A DNA stretch of 64,000 nt from Babesia bigemina (taxonomy: Eukaryota): positions 868,001-932,000 of the forward strand of contig NC_027218.1 of assembly GCF_000981445.1 (NCBI RefSeq), given 5' to 3'. Below, one piece after another: positions 11,720 through 25,600 of the stretch. A program made the translations under genes and the position numbers. Numbering within the stretch: position 1 is the first letter of the stretch; every line of letters begins with the position of its first letter. A model generated the notes under the pieces. The model did not search any database. It worked only from the letters and a program-made list of their open reading frames with translations, and was not told the origin of the DNA.

Positions 11720-11970
11720 GGCAATGTGTGACACCTTGTTTAGATTTGTATGGGTTGTTTAGTTATATTCCAGTCGTTTCAGCCCGCAGCAGGCCCCCTT
11801 GACGTCGAGGGTGCTGATTGCAGGTAGCCGAAAGCCCATAGCTATAACGTTAACGACATAACCATTCGATGGGACACATTTCGATATATATAGCTACAAA
11901 AGGTTTAGTTGCTCTTGGGAGAGCCGTTAATGTGTCCTACGTGGCCGCGTCTAGACAGGTTGCCCTTGCC
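11720..11970 (+). ncRNA. Candidate structured ncRNA downstream of tRNA-Leu (snR30/U17-like motifs)
   Basis: Nested stems GGCAA/TTGCC, TGTTTAGA/TCTAGACA, GTCGTT/AACGAC, TGGGACACATT/AATGTGTCCTA; ATATTCCA and TAACCAT flank one stem. Confidence 0.4.
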
Positions 11971-12202
11971 GCCCGTATACACTCCTTCAAGCCCACCTAA
12001 TCACCAAATTAGCGCTCATAGCTCTACCAATCAACTTTCTGACACAAATAACGCCCTTTAAACAACATCAATGATACTGTTGTTCCGGGTGTGTGACCCC
12101 CATTTCCTTCTCGCCGCGAAATGGTCAAGCCTGGTCACTCATCCTTCCGCCGATTCCTATAGGTTTGCATCTTTTAGAGTAGCTTCCTAATTCGATTCTA
12201 AA

Positions 12203-13184
12203 ATGACCGCCCGTGGTGCTATTTTCCGTGGCCTTCGCCGCTTCAGCAGCGTCAGCTGTCTGGGTATTCGTGCCAGCCAATTCGGACGATTCCAGCCCTC
12301 ATTGTGCGCTACTGCTCTCCGCCAGAGCACCCGCACCTTCTCCGCCGAGTCTGAGAAGCTCCGCCAGCTCGTCCAGGGTGAGATTCAACACGAGAACTCA
12401 AACTACGAATCCCCCGCTAACATCAAGACCTTCCTGGAAAAGAACGGTTCGTTTCCGTTTCGCGTGTTCTGAGATATCGCAGAGTGGAAATTTATCGAGA
12501 AGGAGGGCGACGTCAACATGACCCTGGAGAAGACCGTCGACGGTACGTTGTGTGTACTTGGTATTAGTCATTTGGGAACTATTGACATTTTGTGTGTGCT
12601 TCTAAGGATATGTTACACGTGTATCGCGCGGGTTCGCATTTTGCGTGCTACATGTGGCAGCTACGCCGCATTAGTGCTTGCAACCGTAATGGCTCATGAG
12701 TGATCACATCGCCAATTTTGCACGACCTGTGATTTACACCTGTTCAGGCAAGAAGGTCACCGTTGACTTCCAGTTGGTGTCACCTTTCGAGACTGAGGGC
12801 GAGGGTGAAACCCAGGCTGAGATGACTGACTTCTCGGTCACTGTCGAGAAGAGCGGCGGCCAGGGTATCACCTTCTACTGCAGCACCCTGCAGAACGATG
12901 ACAAGTTCAGATACATGATCTGCAATGTGCGTTTCTTCAGCGACGAAGCCTCCAAGAACTCAGTAAGTCGTTTCGCCAGCTCGTTTCATACGCGCCAGGT
13001 CTCCACCTACAACGGTCCCGACTTTGAGGACCTCGACGACAGCCTGCAGGCCACTTTGGATGAGTGGCTCGGCAGCCTCGGTGTAGATGGCGAGCTCTGC
13101 GACTTCATCGACTCGTGCAGCATCGACAAGGAGCAGCGTGAGTACATCTTCTGGCTCAAGGGTCTTGAGAAGTTCCTCGCTTAA
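12203..13184 (+). CDS. MAM33: Mitochondrial acidic matrix glycoprotein MAM33/p32 family (multi-exon)
   Basis: Arg/Ser-rich targeting peptide; YNGPDFEDLDDSLQ...WLGSLGVDGELCDFI...DKEQREYIFWLKGLEKFL C-terminus. Confidence 0.88.
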
Positions 13185-13637
13185 GCGCGTGCTCAGTGAC
13201 CACTGAAACTTAAATTGTTGCGCAACAGCAGGTTTAAACGATTTGTGAACTATCTGGTTAGGTATTCGCTATGTTTGCCTGTAGTTAGTGCCGTAATGTG
13301 GCTGTTGTTGTAGAGGCAACAGCGCAATGAGTGCCGACTTTCTCCCAAAAATGACACTTATTTGATATAAAACTGATACACATCTGTTTGTATTCTGATA
13401 TAATAGGCAAATGGCTTCTAAAATAGGCGATGTGTCCGGTTTAGACACGGTTAGGTGCGCGCAGGTAGAAGGTTACATTGTGCGGCGTCGTACGAGTATA
13501 CCCCCGCTGGCGACGATTGGAGTCTTCATTTTAATTCCTGGCTGATATAGCCTATACCTCATCATGATTCCTGCCGGTTGGGATTTCTAGGTTGCCCATT
13601 TGGCGACAACGCCGGCCCTTTATATACCTGAGCAACT

Positions 13638-16600
13638 ATGGATGAGTTCAGGGTTTTGAACGCGTACTGCACGCGCATCGCAAACTGCCTCTCATCGTCC
13701 GCTAGCGAAGAGGCAGACAGTGATCTAAATGAAGTGGTTTCAAATTTCGAATTGTTGGTTGTGTCGTCAGACAAATCATCACCTGCGACGACGCCTTTTA
13801 GCGGTGAAAAGATTCCTTCTAGCGTTTTGAGGCTTTTCGGCGCTAGCTTCTACAGTGAGAAGAGGTTTCGCTGCTTATCTAAACTCTGTGCGTTATCAAT
13901 CACGCGCTCCGAGAATACGGATATCTCGGCCGGCTGGTATAAGGTGCGGTTTGTGGTATGGTCATGCCTCTTGAATCCGTTCACGGCTTCGGATGTCACT
14001 AAGGAGGTGCCTGATCTTGTGTTGTCCGTTTTGGTGGACTTTGTGCATGCCCCTCTCACGTCAGCCGATAATGTAGTGGAGCGGTTGGTGCTGCTATGGC
14101 GGTTACGACGCGACGCACGGCTGCGCAGAGCAGCCAACCGGGCCCTGTATGAAACACTGAATCGTGACGACACAAGTGATATGATAGAGTTAGAGTTGAA
14201 GACTTGCAAAGACGATACTGATGAGACATCGCCATACAGGCTGCAGTTGCTGCGTATCTTGTCCGAGATCCTGAGGGCGCCCGCCCACCGGTACACGACT
14301 CTGTATCGCAAAGTGATGGATGATGTTGCAAGATATGGCTGGTTTGTCCCGGTAACCTCCGATGATCCTAACGAAGGTGGCGATTTCTGCGAACTTCACA
14401 TCTCTGTTAGTGCTTCAGAGTTCGCTGACAATACTCAATCTAACCTAATACGCATAGGGAAACGCGTATCGTATCTGAGGTCTCCGGATGTGGTAACAAA
14501 TGATTCCTTTGTGGAGCTGGATTACTCTTCGGAAGTGCTCTCCAGCATGCTGTGTCACGTGGACGTGCATATAGGGTCCGTGGTTATGGGCGACTGTTGC
14601 AAGGAGTTCCACATTCGTGAGCTTGCGAGGCGTCTAGGCATAGCGTCTGACTCGATAAGTCGCATCTACACCGACGAAAGCACCGATGTGAAGGCCTTGA
14701 TCGGCCAGTGGGTATGCACCGACAAAGTTGGCGAGTTCAAGTTCAGCTACGGTATACTGTCGACAGCGATGCGCCTCGGCCGCTGGCTCATCTTCGACGA
14801 AAATTTGTCAGAGAGCATCGCGTGCCTGCTCTACAGCGTCTGTCAACTGGGACGTGTGATAATCCCCGAGCTGAACGAGGTGGTTGAGGCTTCGAGCAAC
14901 TTCCACGTCTTCATCACTGCCAGGAACATCCAGAGCCTCACTGGTAGCCTGAAGCATCTGCCGAGAACATATGTACCCCCGCTGTCAGAAAGCGATTGCG
15001 TTGAGATAGCATGCAAGCGCTGGTCAGAGGTTACTCCCATTTGTGGCTCCTTGGTATCAGCCTTCTTCTCGCTGCGTGAAAGCCTTTGCAAACACCGAGG
15101 ATTTAATTTTTCAGATCTGTTCAAGATCCTCCATCGGTTGGCGACATCGGGCGTGAGTTTCGACGGGTACCTCTCCAGCGCCACGAAGGGCGTGATGTTG
15201 GAGGCGTTCTACTGCGTGGTCCTGGCTTCAATGTCCTGTGACGAGCAGAGAAATGGACTGCTGGGCGACGTTGCCGAGCATTTCGGGGTTTTACCTTCTG
15301 CGAGTTACGACGTGCTGCCTCTCAACCAGATTAAGGCTGGTGAAAACACACGAGTGCACATGAAAGTGCTGCACCAGCTGATGTCGTGCTACCTCTGCAA
15401 TGAGCCTGTGCTCCTGGTAGGAGAGACCGGTACGGGCAAGACTGCTATAATACAGCATTTCGCCAAGGTGGCAGGGAAGACGTTGAAGGTATATGTGTTC
15501 AGCGAGCAATCGGAGGCTGACGACCTGCTCGGGAGTTTCTTCCCAGACAACATAGCCGACGTGTGCTCAAACATATTCTCCCGCGCCTTGAATGTGATAC
15601 TGCGTTCTTGTGTGGTGGAGGATGCGCTGCTGTGCTACCTCGACCATTTGGTAGAACTCTATCGACAGGGCCAGTACGCCAGGATACTCTCCATGCTATC
15701 GTCAACTTTGACGAATCTGATGGGTTCGGCCACTACTGAGATGGCCAATGAAGCTACCACACTACGCGTCGAATGCAACATGCGTTGCGGTGGCGATGCC
15801 GCCGTAAAGCACGGCTTTAAGCTGAGCCATCTCCAGCAACCGCTCGAATCGCTTCCTGCAGGAGTAATGGCGATATTCGAAAAATACACGTCATCATTGA
15901 AATCGTCTGGGCCGCAGCTGCATTTCAAGTTTGAGGAGGGGCTGTTGGTTCGTGCGATGCGGGAGGGATGGTGGATCCTGCTTGACGAGGTCAATCTGGC
16001 ACCGTCTGACCTGCTGCAGCGTTTTGTTGGCGTGCTCTCCAATGTGAGCAATAAGTTCGAGCTCTACGAGTGTGAGAATCGTGTGGTGGACATCCACGAA
16101 GACTTCCGGCTGTTCGCGTGCATGAATCCGCCGACCATCCGCAAGGGCGACTTTGTGACATTTACAAGCGGCAAGAAGGAACTTCCCGCCAACTTCCGCA
16201 GCCACATGACGGAGATATTTGTCGATGAGATCGACACCCTCGAGGACGTCTCCATTGTGGTTGGCTCTTACGTGGATCCGGACGACCGCAGTGTCCCCAG
16301 CGCGGAGCTATGCCACTTTTACCTGAAGGTCATCGAGCTGTGTCGCAACGGTGAGTTGGAGGATGGGTCTTTCAAGTCACCTACCTTCACATTGCGTAAT
16401 CTGGTGCGCACCCTGCACTATATGCAGCACGTGATGCAGCGGAGCCATCGCCCTCTTAAGGATGGCAGAGCGGCATTCGTGGAGGGAGCTCTGGCATGTT
16501 TCGCCTCGTCCCTTGGATCAGTCTCGTTTTCCAAGGTGGAGTCGTTGTTGCCGTCACTGCCTTCTCGTACATCTACCTCTTTCGAGGAGAGCGTGGATTA

Positions 16601-19600
16601 CGTACGCGTAGAGGGATATTGGATTCGCAGGGGAGGGGAGCCGATTCACCGTCAGGAGCAGTTTATTGTAACTCCGAACATATCCAAGAATCTGCGACGT
16701 CTGTGCCGCATATTGAGCGGCCTTAGGGTGCCAGTGCTCTTGGAGGGTCCAACGGCTTCCGGCAAAACGTCATTGGTGCAATACCTCTGTTCGCTAACTG
16801 GACACCGATGCGTGCGCATCAATAACCACGAGCACACTGACCTGTCGGAGTATCTAGGCCAGTTTGTCTTTGATTCGGTATCATGCCAGCTGAAGTTCAA
16901 CTACGGACCTATAATTACGGCTATGAAGGAAGGACACTGGGCGATTTTGGATGAACTGAATCTGGCACCCAGTCAGATCCTCGAGGCTCTCAATCGCATC
17001 CTTGACGACAACCGAGAGGTTTATGTTCCCGAGACCGGGGAGACCATAAAGTCACACCCCGAGTTCATGATATTCGCCACTCAAAACCCCGCAAACAGCA
17101 TATACGGCGGTCGTAAGCAGCTTTCGAAAGCGTTTTGCAACCGATTCGTGCAACTGTACATAGAGGGTCTGGATACGGCCGATCTGCAGCAGGTGCTCCA
17201 CCAGCGCTGCGCAATCCCGTTGTCACGCGCCGAGAAGATAGTTTCCGCTTTCCAGACAATTCAGTCCTGCCCGATGAACTCAATGGCGTTTGAGCGCCAT
17301 TCGGTGCTGATAACGCTACGCGACCTGATTAAGTGGGCCAATCGCGTGCGTTCCGATGACGAGGGTCTTGCCTACTACGGTTGGTGCGTGATTGCTGAGA
17401 AACTTCGCAATCCAGTAGACCAAGAAACCGTTAAAGGCATACTTGAACGGTGTTGCCTTCTTTCCAAACCAAATAAGCCCAAGGAACTGGTCATCAACTT
17501 CGAGGCTGACAAGTTCTTGCGAAGCTTCCTCGAATCTAGTGGTTTGAGCACATATGATCTGTGCGCCCGTGAGCGTTATTTGTGGTTCGACGGTTCTACA
17601 AGCAGACTAGTTGCGCTTTTACTTTGTGCGCTGGAACACCGCGAGCCCGTGCTCCTGGTCGGTGAGACTGGCATTGGCAAGACCACCATATGCCAGCTCT
17701 TGGCCAAAATTTATAACCGCCGGCTCAACATCCTGAACCTGAGCAAGAACACTGAGGCTAGCGATTTCATCGGTAGTTTCCGCCCCATCAGAAGTTTGAA
17801 ATCGTTCCACTCGCATGTAGGCATGCTGATAGATTACTTCGAGGACGACGTGCACTGCTCCGATCTTGAGTACCTGCGCGAGGTGATGACGACACCGTTG
17901 TCACAAGTCGATCGTTCCAAGTTCATGGAAGTTTTGGGCAGGGTATCCTCCCTGCTGAAAAGTGATGCGAATGTTGCGCCGGAGAAGAATGCTGATCGGG
18001 ATGCAAAGCGCCAGAAGATGAAGTCATCTACTCCTGAAAGCATCCGTGTCATCATAAGCCAGCTGATGAGGTCGTTTTCAAACCAACTGTTTGAATGGGT
18101 GGATGGGCCCCTGACTAGTTCCATGGAACTAGGGGAGTGGTTCCTCGCGGACGAGATCTCCCTGGCAGACGACGCCGTGTTGGAGAAAATGAACTCGGTA
18201 CTGGAGGCTGACAGTACGCTTACAATCCCAGAAGCGGGTGGCTCGACTTTGCGTATGCTGCGCGCCCACAGCGATTTTAGGTTTCTGGCGACGATGAACC
18301 CAAGCGGGGACCATGGTAAGCGTGAATTGAGTCCGGCGCTGCTTAACCGTTTCACGGTCATTTACATTCCAACCCCAGATTTTGAGAACTACGATGTAAT
18401 CCGTCGCGTACTGGAGAACTGCGGCGGCGCTAAACCGGACTGGGTCGCCAGCTCAATGGCTGCAGTTATCCGTCTGTACAACGAGCGTTGCCCGCACCAG
18501 AAACTAACACTGCGTGATGTGATAAAGTGGGCTGAATTCATGGGAGAAGTATGTTCTCTGGACACTTTCCTCCAAGGTGCCCATGTTGTGTTCCTGGATA
18601 ACATGGTTGCCGGTGCTTCTGGGGTGTCCTTAAGGGACGTCGTGGAGATCGTATCGCGATACTTGGAAGACGTAAATGTGGAAGGCGTAATATCGAGCTT
18701 TAATGACAATACCTGGGTCCACAAAGAACTAGATCGTTTGGGAGTACCCCCGTTGTCAAGCATCGCCTCGTTCACTCTGGGCTCAAAGAGCAGTTTGTGC
18801 ATGGTTGGCAAAATTCTGCGTGCCCTGAAAGTCAACCGACCCATATTGCTTGAGGGGCAGCCTGGTGTAGGAAAGAGCGCTAGCATCAGTGCATTGGCGT
18901 CGCTCCATGGCACCAAGTTGGTGCGTGTCAACCTGTCGGAACACACGGATATTATGGACCTCTTCGGCTCGGATATCCCCCGAGCGGTTGACGGTAACTG
19001 GAAATTCGTTTGGCACAACGGGCCTGTCATTGATGCGGCTATTAACGGTTACTGGGTAGTGCTAGACGAGCTTAACCTAGCGAGCCAGCAGGTACTGGAG
19101 GGTCTGAATGCGTTGCTGGATCACCGTCGAGAGACCTTCATCCCGGAATTGGACCGTTTCGTAAAGTGTCACGAGAACTTCCGCCTGTTTGCGTCACAGA
19201 ATTCTGCAGTTGATGGAGGAGGCCGCAAGCATCTACCCAAGTCCTTCCTGAACCGTTTCACCAAGATCTACTTCCCACCCTTGGATGAGAGCGACTGCTG
19301 CGCCGTCCTGGAGCACCTTTACACGACATTGCCTGCTCCTATGATAAGCAGGCTAGTCAACGTACTCTTTGAGATCAGAAGTAACAACTTTGGTAAAGGA
19401 GTGGAATGGAACCTGCGTGATTGCATGCGCTTCTGTCAATCGGTGGAAGCTGGCATCCCGTCGTCCGACTTCGATGACGCTTTCAGATTCACATTCATGT
19501 CGCGTTTGGATTCAAAGGACATGGTTACGGCAATTGCTTCGTCAATTGGTTTAACTGAAACGCAAATGGTTCCGCACGTCACGCAGCCATCTGCTTGGTG

Positions 19601-22600
19601 CCAAGCGAACAAAACAACAAATGAGGTGGATATGCATGTTGACACATCGACCGTGGCAACTGATAAATGTTGTGGAGCGAGTCGCAGTTCGTTCAGCTAC
19701 GAGCCGATTTGGATGCAGAGTCAAGAAGATGTCTGCATCACGGTCAGCATGGCTGCTAGTCTAAACTTCCCAGTGCTCCTATTGGGTCCAAGTTTGAGTG
19801 GCAAGCAAAGTGTAATAAAGTGCGTGGCATCACGTTGCGAGCAGCAATTAACTGAGATCACAATGCTGCCGTGCTTCGACATCAGTGACCTTCTTGGCGG
19901 CTTTGAGCAAGTGGGTAATACGGAAGGCAACGTTTCTTCCGTCACCTTCCGCTGGGTAGACAGTCCTCTGGTAGAGTCGATTGAGCGTGGCAACTGGGTG
20001 CTCTTGACCCGCATCCACAACGCAAATCCGGCGATTCTAGATCGGCTGAACTCGTTGTTGGAAGTTGGCGGCACGTTGACCCTGAACGAAAGCGGTGACT
20101 GCAATCGTGTTATTCGACCTCATCCTAATTTCCGCATATTCATGACGGCGGACTCGGTGCAGGTTGGTAAGATATCCAAGGCGTTCAGGAACCGCTGTCT
20201 GGAGGTAAGCATGAACTACCCCAACTGCGTGCGCCAACTTCCCACACCGATTCCACAGTGCTCTTTTATGGAGCAACTATGCAACCAGATATCGGATTAT
20301 GTGGCATCTCTGCAACCTCCAATGGCAGAAGGTGGTCATGAGGTAACACGTGACGTCAGCCTCAAGTGCTCAGAAGTAATAGACGGCGCCAGGCTGCTGA
20401 AAAGCTTTAGAAACTACACGTGGCATGATTGTGTACTGAGATCATTCTGCAGCGCTGTCTTGGGTTCGTATCTAACTCAGTTGTCATCCGGTGCATATAA
20501 CCACGCAAATTGGCTGTTTTTGAAGCACTGGGCCATGATAGATCAACCTTTAGACCAGAGCTTATGTGAAGCCTCGGCATTCTTCTCTCGTGAACTACAG
20601 GTTACAGCTCTGAAGGTCTTGGAATGTTGCCTTGATTGGTGTTCGGTAAATCAGACTACACATGAGGATAGCGGTCTGAACCTGGTTACCGACTTTCTGG
20701 AGCGATGCACGGCCTTCGAGAATCGTGTGAAACGTGACGCAACCGCGGCGAGGTTGGATGATGAACATACGGACAGCGATAAGGTGTTCTGGTTTATTTT
20801 GAGAAGTTCGAGCACGAATTACAACGAGCGCTATTCCATGGTAGAGCACAAGTTAACACTCACCGTGAGCCGAAGTAATGTCGATACCATATTCAGCATA
20901 TGCCAACGATCTTCGGATAATGCATACGAATTGCAAACCTTGCTGCACATGTTCCTCTTCGATTCCTTGCGCATGTTCGATGTACTGGGTACGTCAAACT
21001 ACACTAATGCGCTTGTGGATTACCTTGTCAATACTTCAGTAAAAGGCGAATCCGTGCTGCCTATATTGTCTAAAATGCAGTTCCTGTTTTATCTCCTGCT
21101 TCGGGATGGCAAAAGTGCCCCCGAAACCATCGATTACTTGACGCGCAAAGTGTACAACGAATTGTTGGAAATGAAGGAGCTCCACGCTACGTCTGGCACC
21201 GCTATGGGTGATGTTCGAGGTGCAGTGGTAAAAGACGACTTCATGGATTACTCCACTGTGCTCGTTGGCAGTCCAATATATGACGAAGTAGCGTTAGCCT
21301 TGGAGTTGCATCGATATGGCATGGGCGATGTGATCGCCTGCCAACGCAATATTGTTATAGATCCGAAGGCCAACATTACAAGCAAGTCGGTGCTCGATTT
21401 CGTTGATGCCTATGTTAGCGGTGCAATATCCGACGCAGAATCCCTTGAAGAAGGTAAGCGCCCAGCGCTGTTTATGCGTCACGTAGAATCGCCCAATGCT
21501 GCCCTCTACAAATTTGTGATTGACCGCATTAGATTCTTGGGATGCTGGCTTTGCCACCAACTGCTGATGGGTGAGGTGGACAGTAAAATGCTCCACAAAG
21601 CGCATGATTACGCGTTAGGACTCTTGAACCTCCATGTACAGTTGCAGGGAGATTTGCCCAGTAGCTCTATTGCGGTTGTCTCAGCGATTTTGGTATCGCT
21701 GCGCCGGTTAATGTCAGGTGCGGATCCACATTCGTGCGTGTATGACGTAATGTTGGAAACGTGGTCGCTGCAAGACATCACAGGCGACGACTTGAAGCTG
21801 GACGCTGTCCAATACATGGTTGATCTTGTGGACGGCTCCGACCTGGGCGTCAAAAGGGACGACTCGGTTGAGGCACCACCTGTAGAGTCCTTGGACACAA
21901 TATCTGGTGTGATGTTGTTTTGGGATGGTGTCTCCAAGGAAAACGGCTTGCCATCCCTACGAGATAACATCCGCCGCATAGAGTTGTTGCGTGGCATGCT
22001 GAGCGAGCACATGCCAGCGCCACAGTGGAGCGGCCTTTTTGCGACCCTGTACCTGGTATCGCCCATCGTTAGCAAGGCTCTCCATTTGGACTGCAATGCA
22101 ACCAACGGATGTATAAAGACGTTGTACGCCTCCATAGTGAGAGACGAGCCGCCACAAACAGACATTATCGCCGCCTTCAAACATGAGTTGACAACGGATC
22201 ATGATGCTACGAAACACAACCCAACAACGGACGCATACCACTCCGATTCGACAGTCCAACGCCTATCTGCCAAAGTAGTCGAGATATTGTCGGCGCTAAC
22301 GCAGGCGTCTGCTGATAAGCGCATGTTGCTACTGAAGGACCTGTGGCGCATATGTGGGTTGCTACTCCTTGCAGCGATGCCCAACACTTCCATGATCATC
22401 ACCGAACTTCGTAAAGGCCTTGACATTGAATACAGAAACAGCCTCTCGATGAAACTGAAGCGTCGATTGGACGCATTCGTGACTTGCGATACTCTGTCGG
22501 ATGGTGAGGTTCGCAGTTCGTATCAGTTCCTTACGGAGAAGTTAGAGGAATTGGCGGAGTCAAATGATCATCGAACCTTTTCATTAAGATTTTATGCGTC

Positions 22601-25600
22601 TGCAGAAAATGTTAATGAGGGCTTTGGATCTCTGGATACCGTGGCGGTTATGCGTCGCATGCAACGGGACCTGGTTAAATTCGTACACGAAAATCTGAAA
22701 TTGGGAGGAAATTATTCCGTTCGCTGCGATCACCATTGCCTATCGAACTTCAAAAGATACCTATTGCGCCAGTATGTGCTTCTGCCTGAAATAGTACGCC
22801 CTCTATTAGTCGGTTTAGACTGTTTGGCTTTTGGACTCCCAGAAAGTGCATCAGATGCGCCTAGAGTTATAGGCAACGTCCCCAGGTCGCTTCAACTGCA
22901 ACGTGTATCTCAAAGATGTATGCAATTCCCGCTGAATCTGCTCAAGCGTGTTGATCAGGGTGATTTGCTGTCACTTGGGGCGCATTTCTATGACTCCGGC
23001 AGCGCCTACGACGTGTTTTGTTATCTCAAATGCATGGTTGCGAGTGTTCGTCACGACTTGTTACAACCCCCGTCAATGGAACCTTTGAAGTACGTTATGC
23101 TGCTTCTGTCAGGTATATCTTCACGTCTCAAGACCGAACGTGCTGAAGGGCAGGCCATGCGCATGTCGCTGTTGCAGTCGTGTATGGCGATGGCTCAGAA
23201 ACGCGCTGACAAAGGTGTATACGATCTGTTCCCATCGCAACAGGAGATTGTAAGAGCTATCGTTCGCGACTGTGGACCACTTGAGGAGTACGAATCGTTG
23301 GAGCAGGATGAAGAAGAGCCTGTGGCAGAGTCCGAGCAGACCAGAGACATCCGCCGCATCAATGTGCTTTGCAAGCTCCTATCGCTAGCTGTAGCACCGT
23401 TGGAAACTGAACACTCAGAGAAGCCTGATGCTGAAACTGCTGATGGCGATGTGAAGCCGGAAGATGAGCTGATAATGACCCGTACTACCGCCCTTCCATC
23501 TCAGCGAGTAATCACGCAGCAGATGAATGCATCACTATGTCTGGCCATGGCATGTGGAACGCTATCCAAGGATATGTGTTCTTCAGAGGAATCTGTGTTC
23601 ATTTCACGGCGACTAATGAAGGCGTCTGAAGAGCACTTTGGGTACTCCGGCGACAAGGTGGAGGGATCGTCGACCTCCTTTTATAACACGGTTGATATCC
23701 CATTCTGCCTCAAAGCTGGTGATATACTGGAGCGTTTGTCGGAACGTGTAAAAGCGTTACTCGATCAGTTCGGTAGCCAGCAGCAGCTGTTGGATATATC
23801 AGTGATGCTGACCTCGATGAACAAGATGAAAATCCCTTCGGTTACCCAGGTTCTCCTCGTTACCCTCTTGGAGAACTTGGTCGCTCGCGTGCACAAATGG
23901 AACTCCATTTCGCATAGTGGCATTTCTCTAAACGATTTGGCATCAGAACTGGAGAGTCTGATTCTGGAGATGCGACATCGTGAACTCAAAGGCTGGTACT
24001 CAGCTATAGACGACCGTGTCAGCTCTGTTCGCCAGGACGCTTACAGCTATCTTGTCTATTTCACGGAGATGTGCAGCGACGTGTACGATTCAAATGTTCC
24101 GCTGCCTACCCGTGTATCCAAGATTGTTGGGGAGATACTGCAATGCGTCTTGGCCGCACCAGTGGCGCACTTTGAGCCTATTCTTGGCATGTTGGAGACG
24201 GTGGTGCAGCTGTACCGCGACTCGACTCTGCCTACAGAAGTTGTAATGCGCACCGTTATGGAGAACGTATTGTGGTTCCTGATGTTGTGGATTCCTACAG
24301 TTACCTCTCACATATCTTCATTAAAAAAAGAGACTCGCAAGGAAGTCAGTGAATTGGTCAGGCGTATAAACTGGTCCGGAAATGATTACCTGTCGATCAG
24401 TGCGTTACTTCAGAAACAGAAGGTACATATGAGCTCGGTGATGCGTAAATTCCAGGAGGCGATCATGCAGCCATTTTCTTCCGTCTACACCCCGACACCC
24501 GACCAATGGTGCGATAAAGTTATCGAGAAATCCGACGACGGCCTCCATCAGCAACTGGAAGATGTTCCGAAAGAGTCTGTTGACAGTGAAGAAAGCAGAG
24601 ATGAAACAACAGAGTCCGCCGATGCAAGCGAGTCTCTATTACTGGACAGCCTGCGTAGCAATGTCGAATACGTTCGCAAGAACAAAAACGAGATATCTCG
24701 AGTACAGATAACACGCTTAACCGGTGAAATCGGTCGGCTTCTAGGTGAGATGGGGTACAGCGCTGTGTCTGGGCACGACATAGGAGATTGGATTAGATGG
24801 CTTGATCTAGGTGCCTCGATGAAATCCCATGGTTGCACTGCGGCAGAAGAGGCGAGGGGGTATATTATGCGTTCATTGCACATAATGTTCGACCTCCACG
24901 AATCGTTCCGCGCCGACAAAGATAAGTTTGAGTATTTCAGCCGTAACGTTGACACTAACATCTTTGGCTACCTGGTGACAATGTTGCGGAGCGCGCATAA
25001 CAACATACAGCATGACGTTGCGGAATTCGAGCGGTGCAACATGACGAAGTCCCTAGGTTCCATATTCAGCAAGGCGCCGGTTTATGAACTGGATAGTGCA
25101 TGTTTTGAGCAATTATTGTCTTCTGTCGACGACATATACGACACGGCATTACAGGCAAATGATGCTGATTTACTTTCAGGATATATTGCTGATTCTAAAT
25201 CACCGTCTGACGGTGCAGATCCAATCGCAAACAGCGACAACCCTCTTTGGGCTCGGGTGGCGGAGTTCCGGTGCTGGCTTGAGGGAACAGATGAGATGTC
25301 CGTACACAAGTGCTCAACTCGCACTAAATCCCCTCTGTTTGTATCTGGAAAATGGCTAGAAGGCGTAACAGCGTTCTGCGATGACGTGGAACAGGGCGCC
25401 GGTTACCCGGCCCAGGTCCTGCCCTTTTTCCGCAGGGACGCATCACGCATCCGGTACATCGTAGCCAATGCCAAGCCTATATCGCAACTACCAGTCATTG
25501 AGTCGGTAGCGTTCTGTGCCAAGGATCCTAACCTGCCGTTGGCGTGTCTCTACATGGCGCAGCTGATCGACTGCATCAGTAGGGTAACGCCGCCCGCCGA

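Noticed and set aside
11900..11910. CTAAACC on the minus strand as a telomerase RNA template
   Set aside because: Only one repeat unit, and the G:U pairing pattern favours a plus-strand RNA
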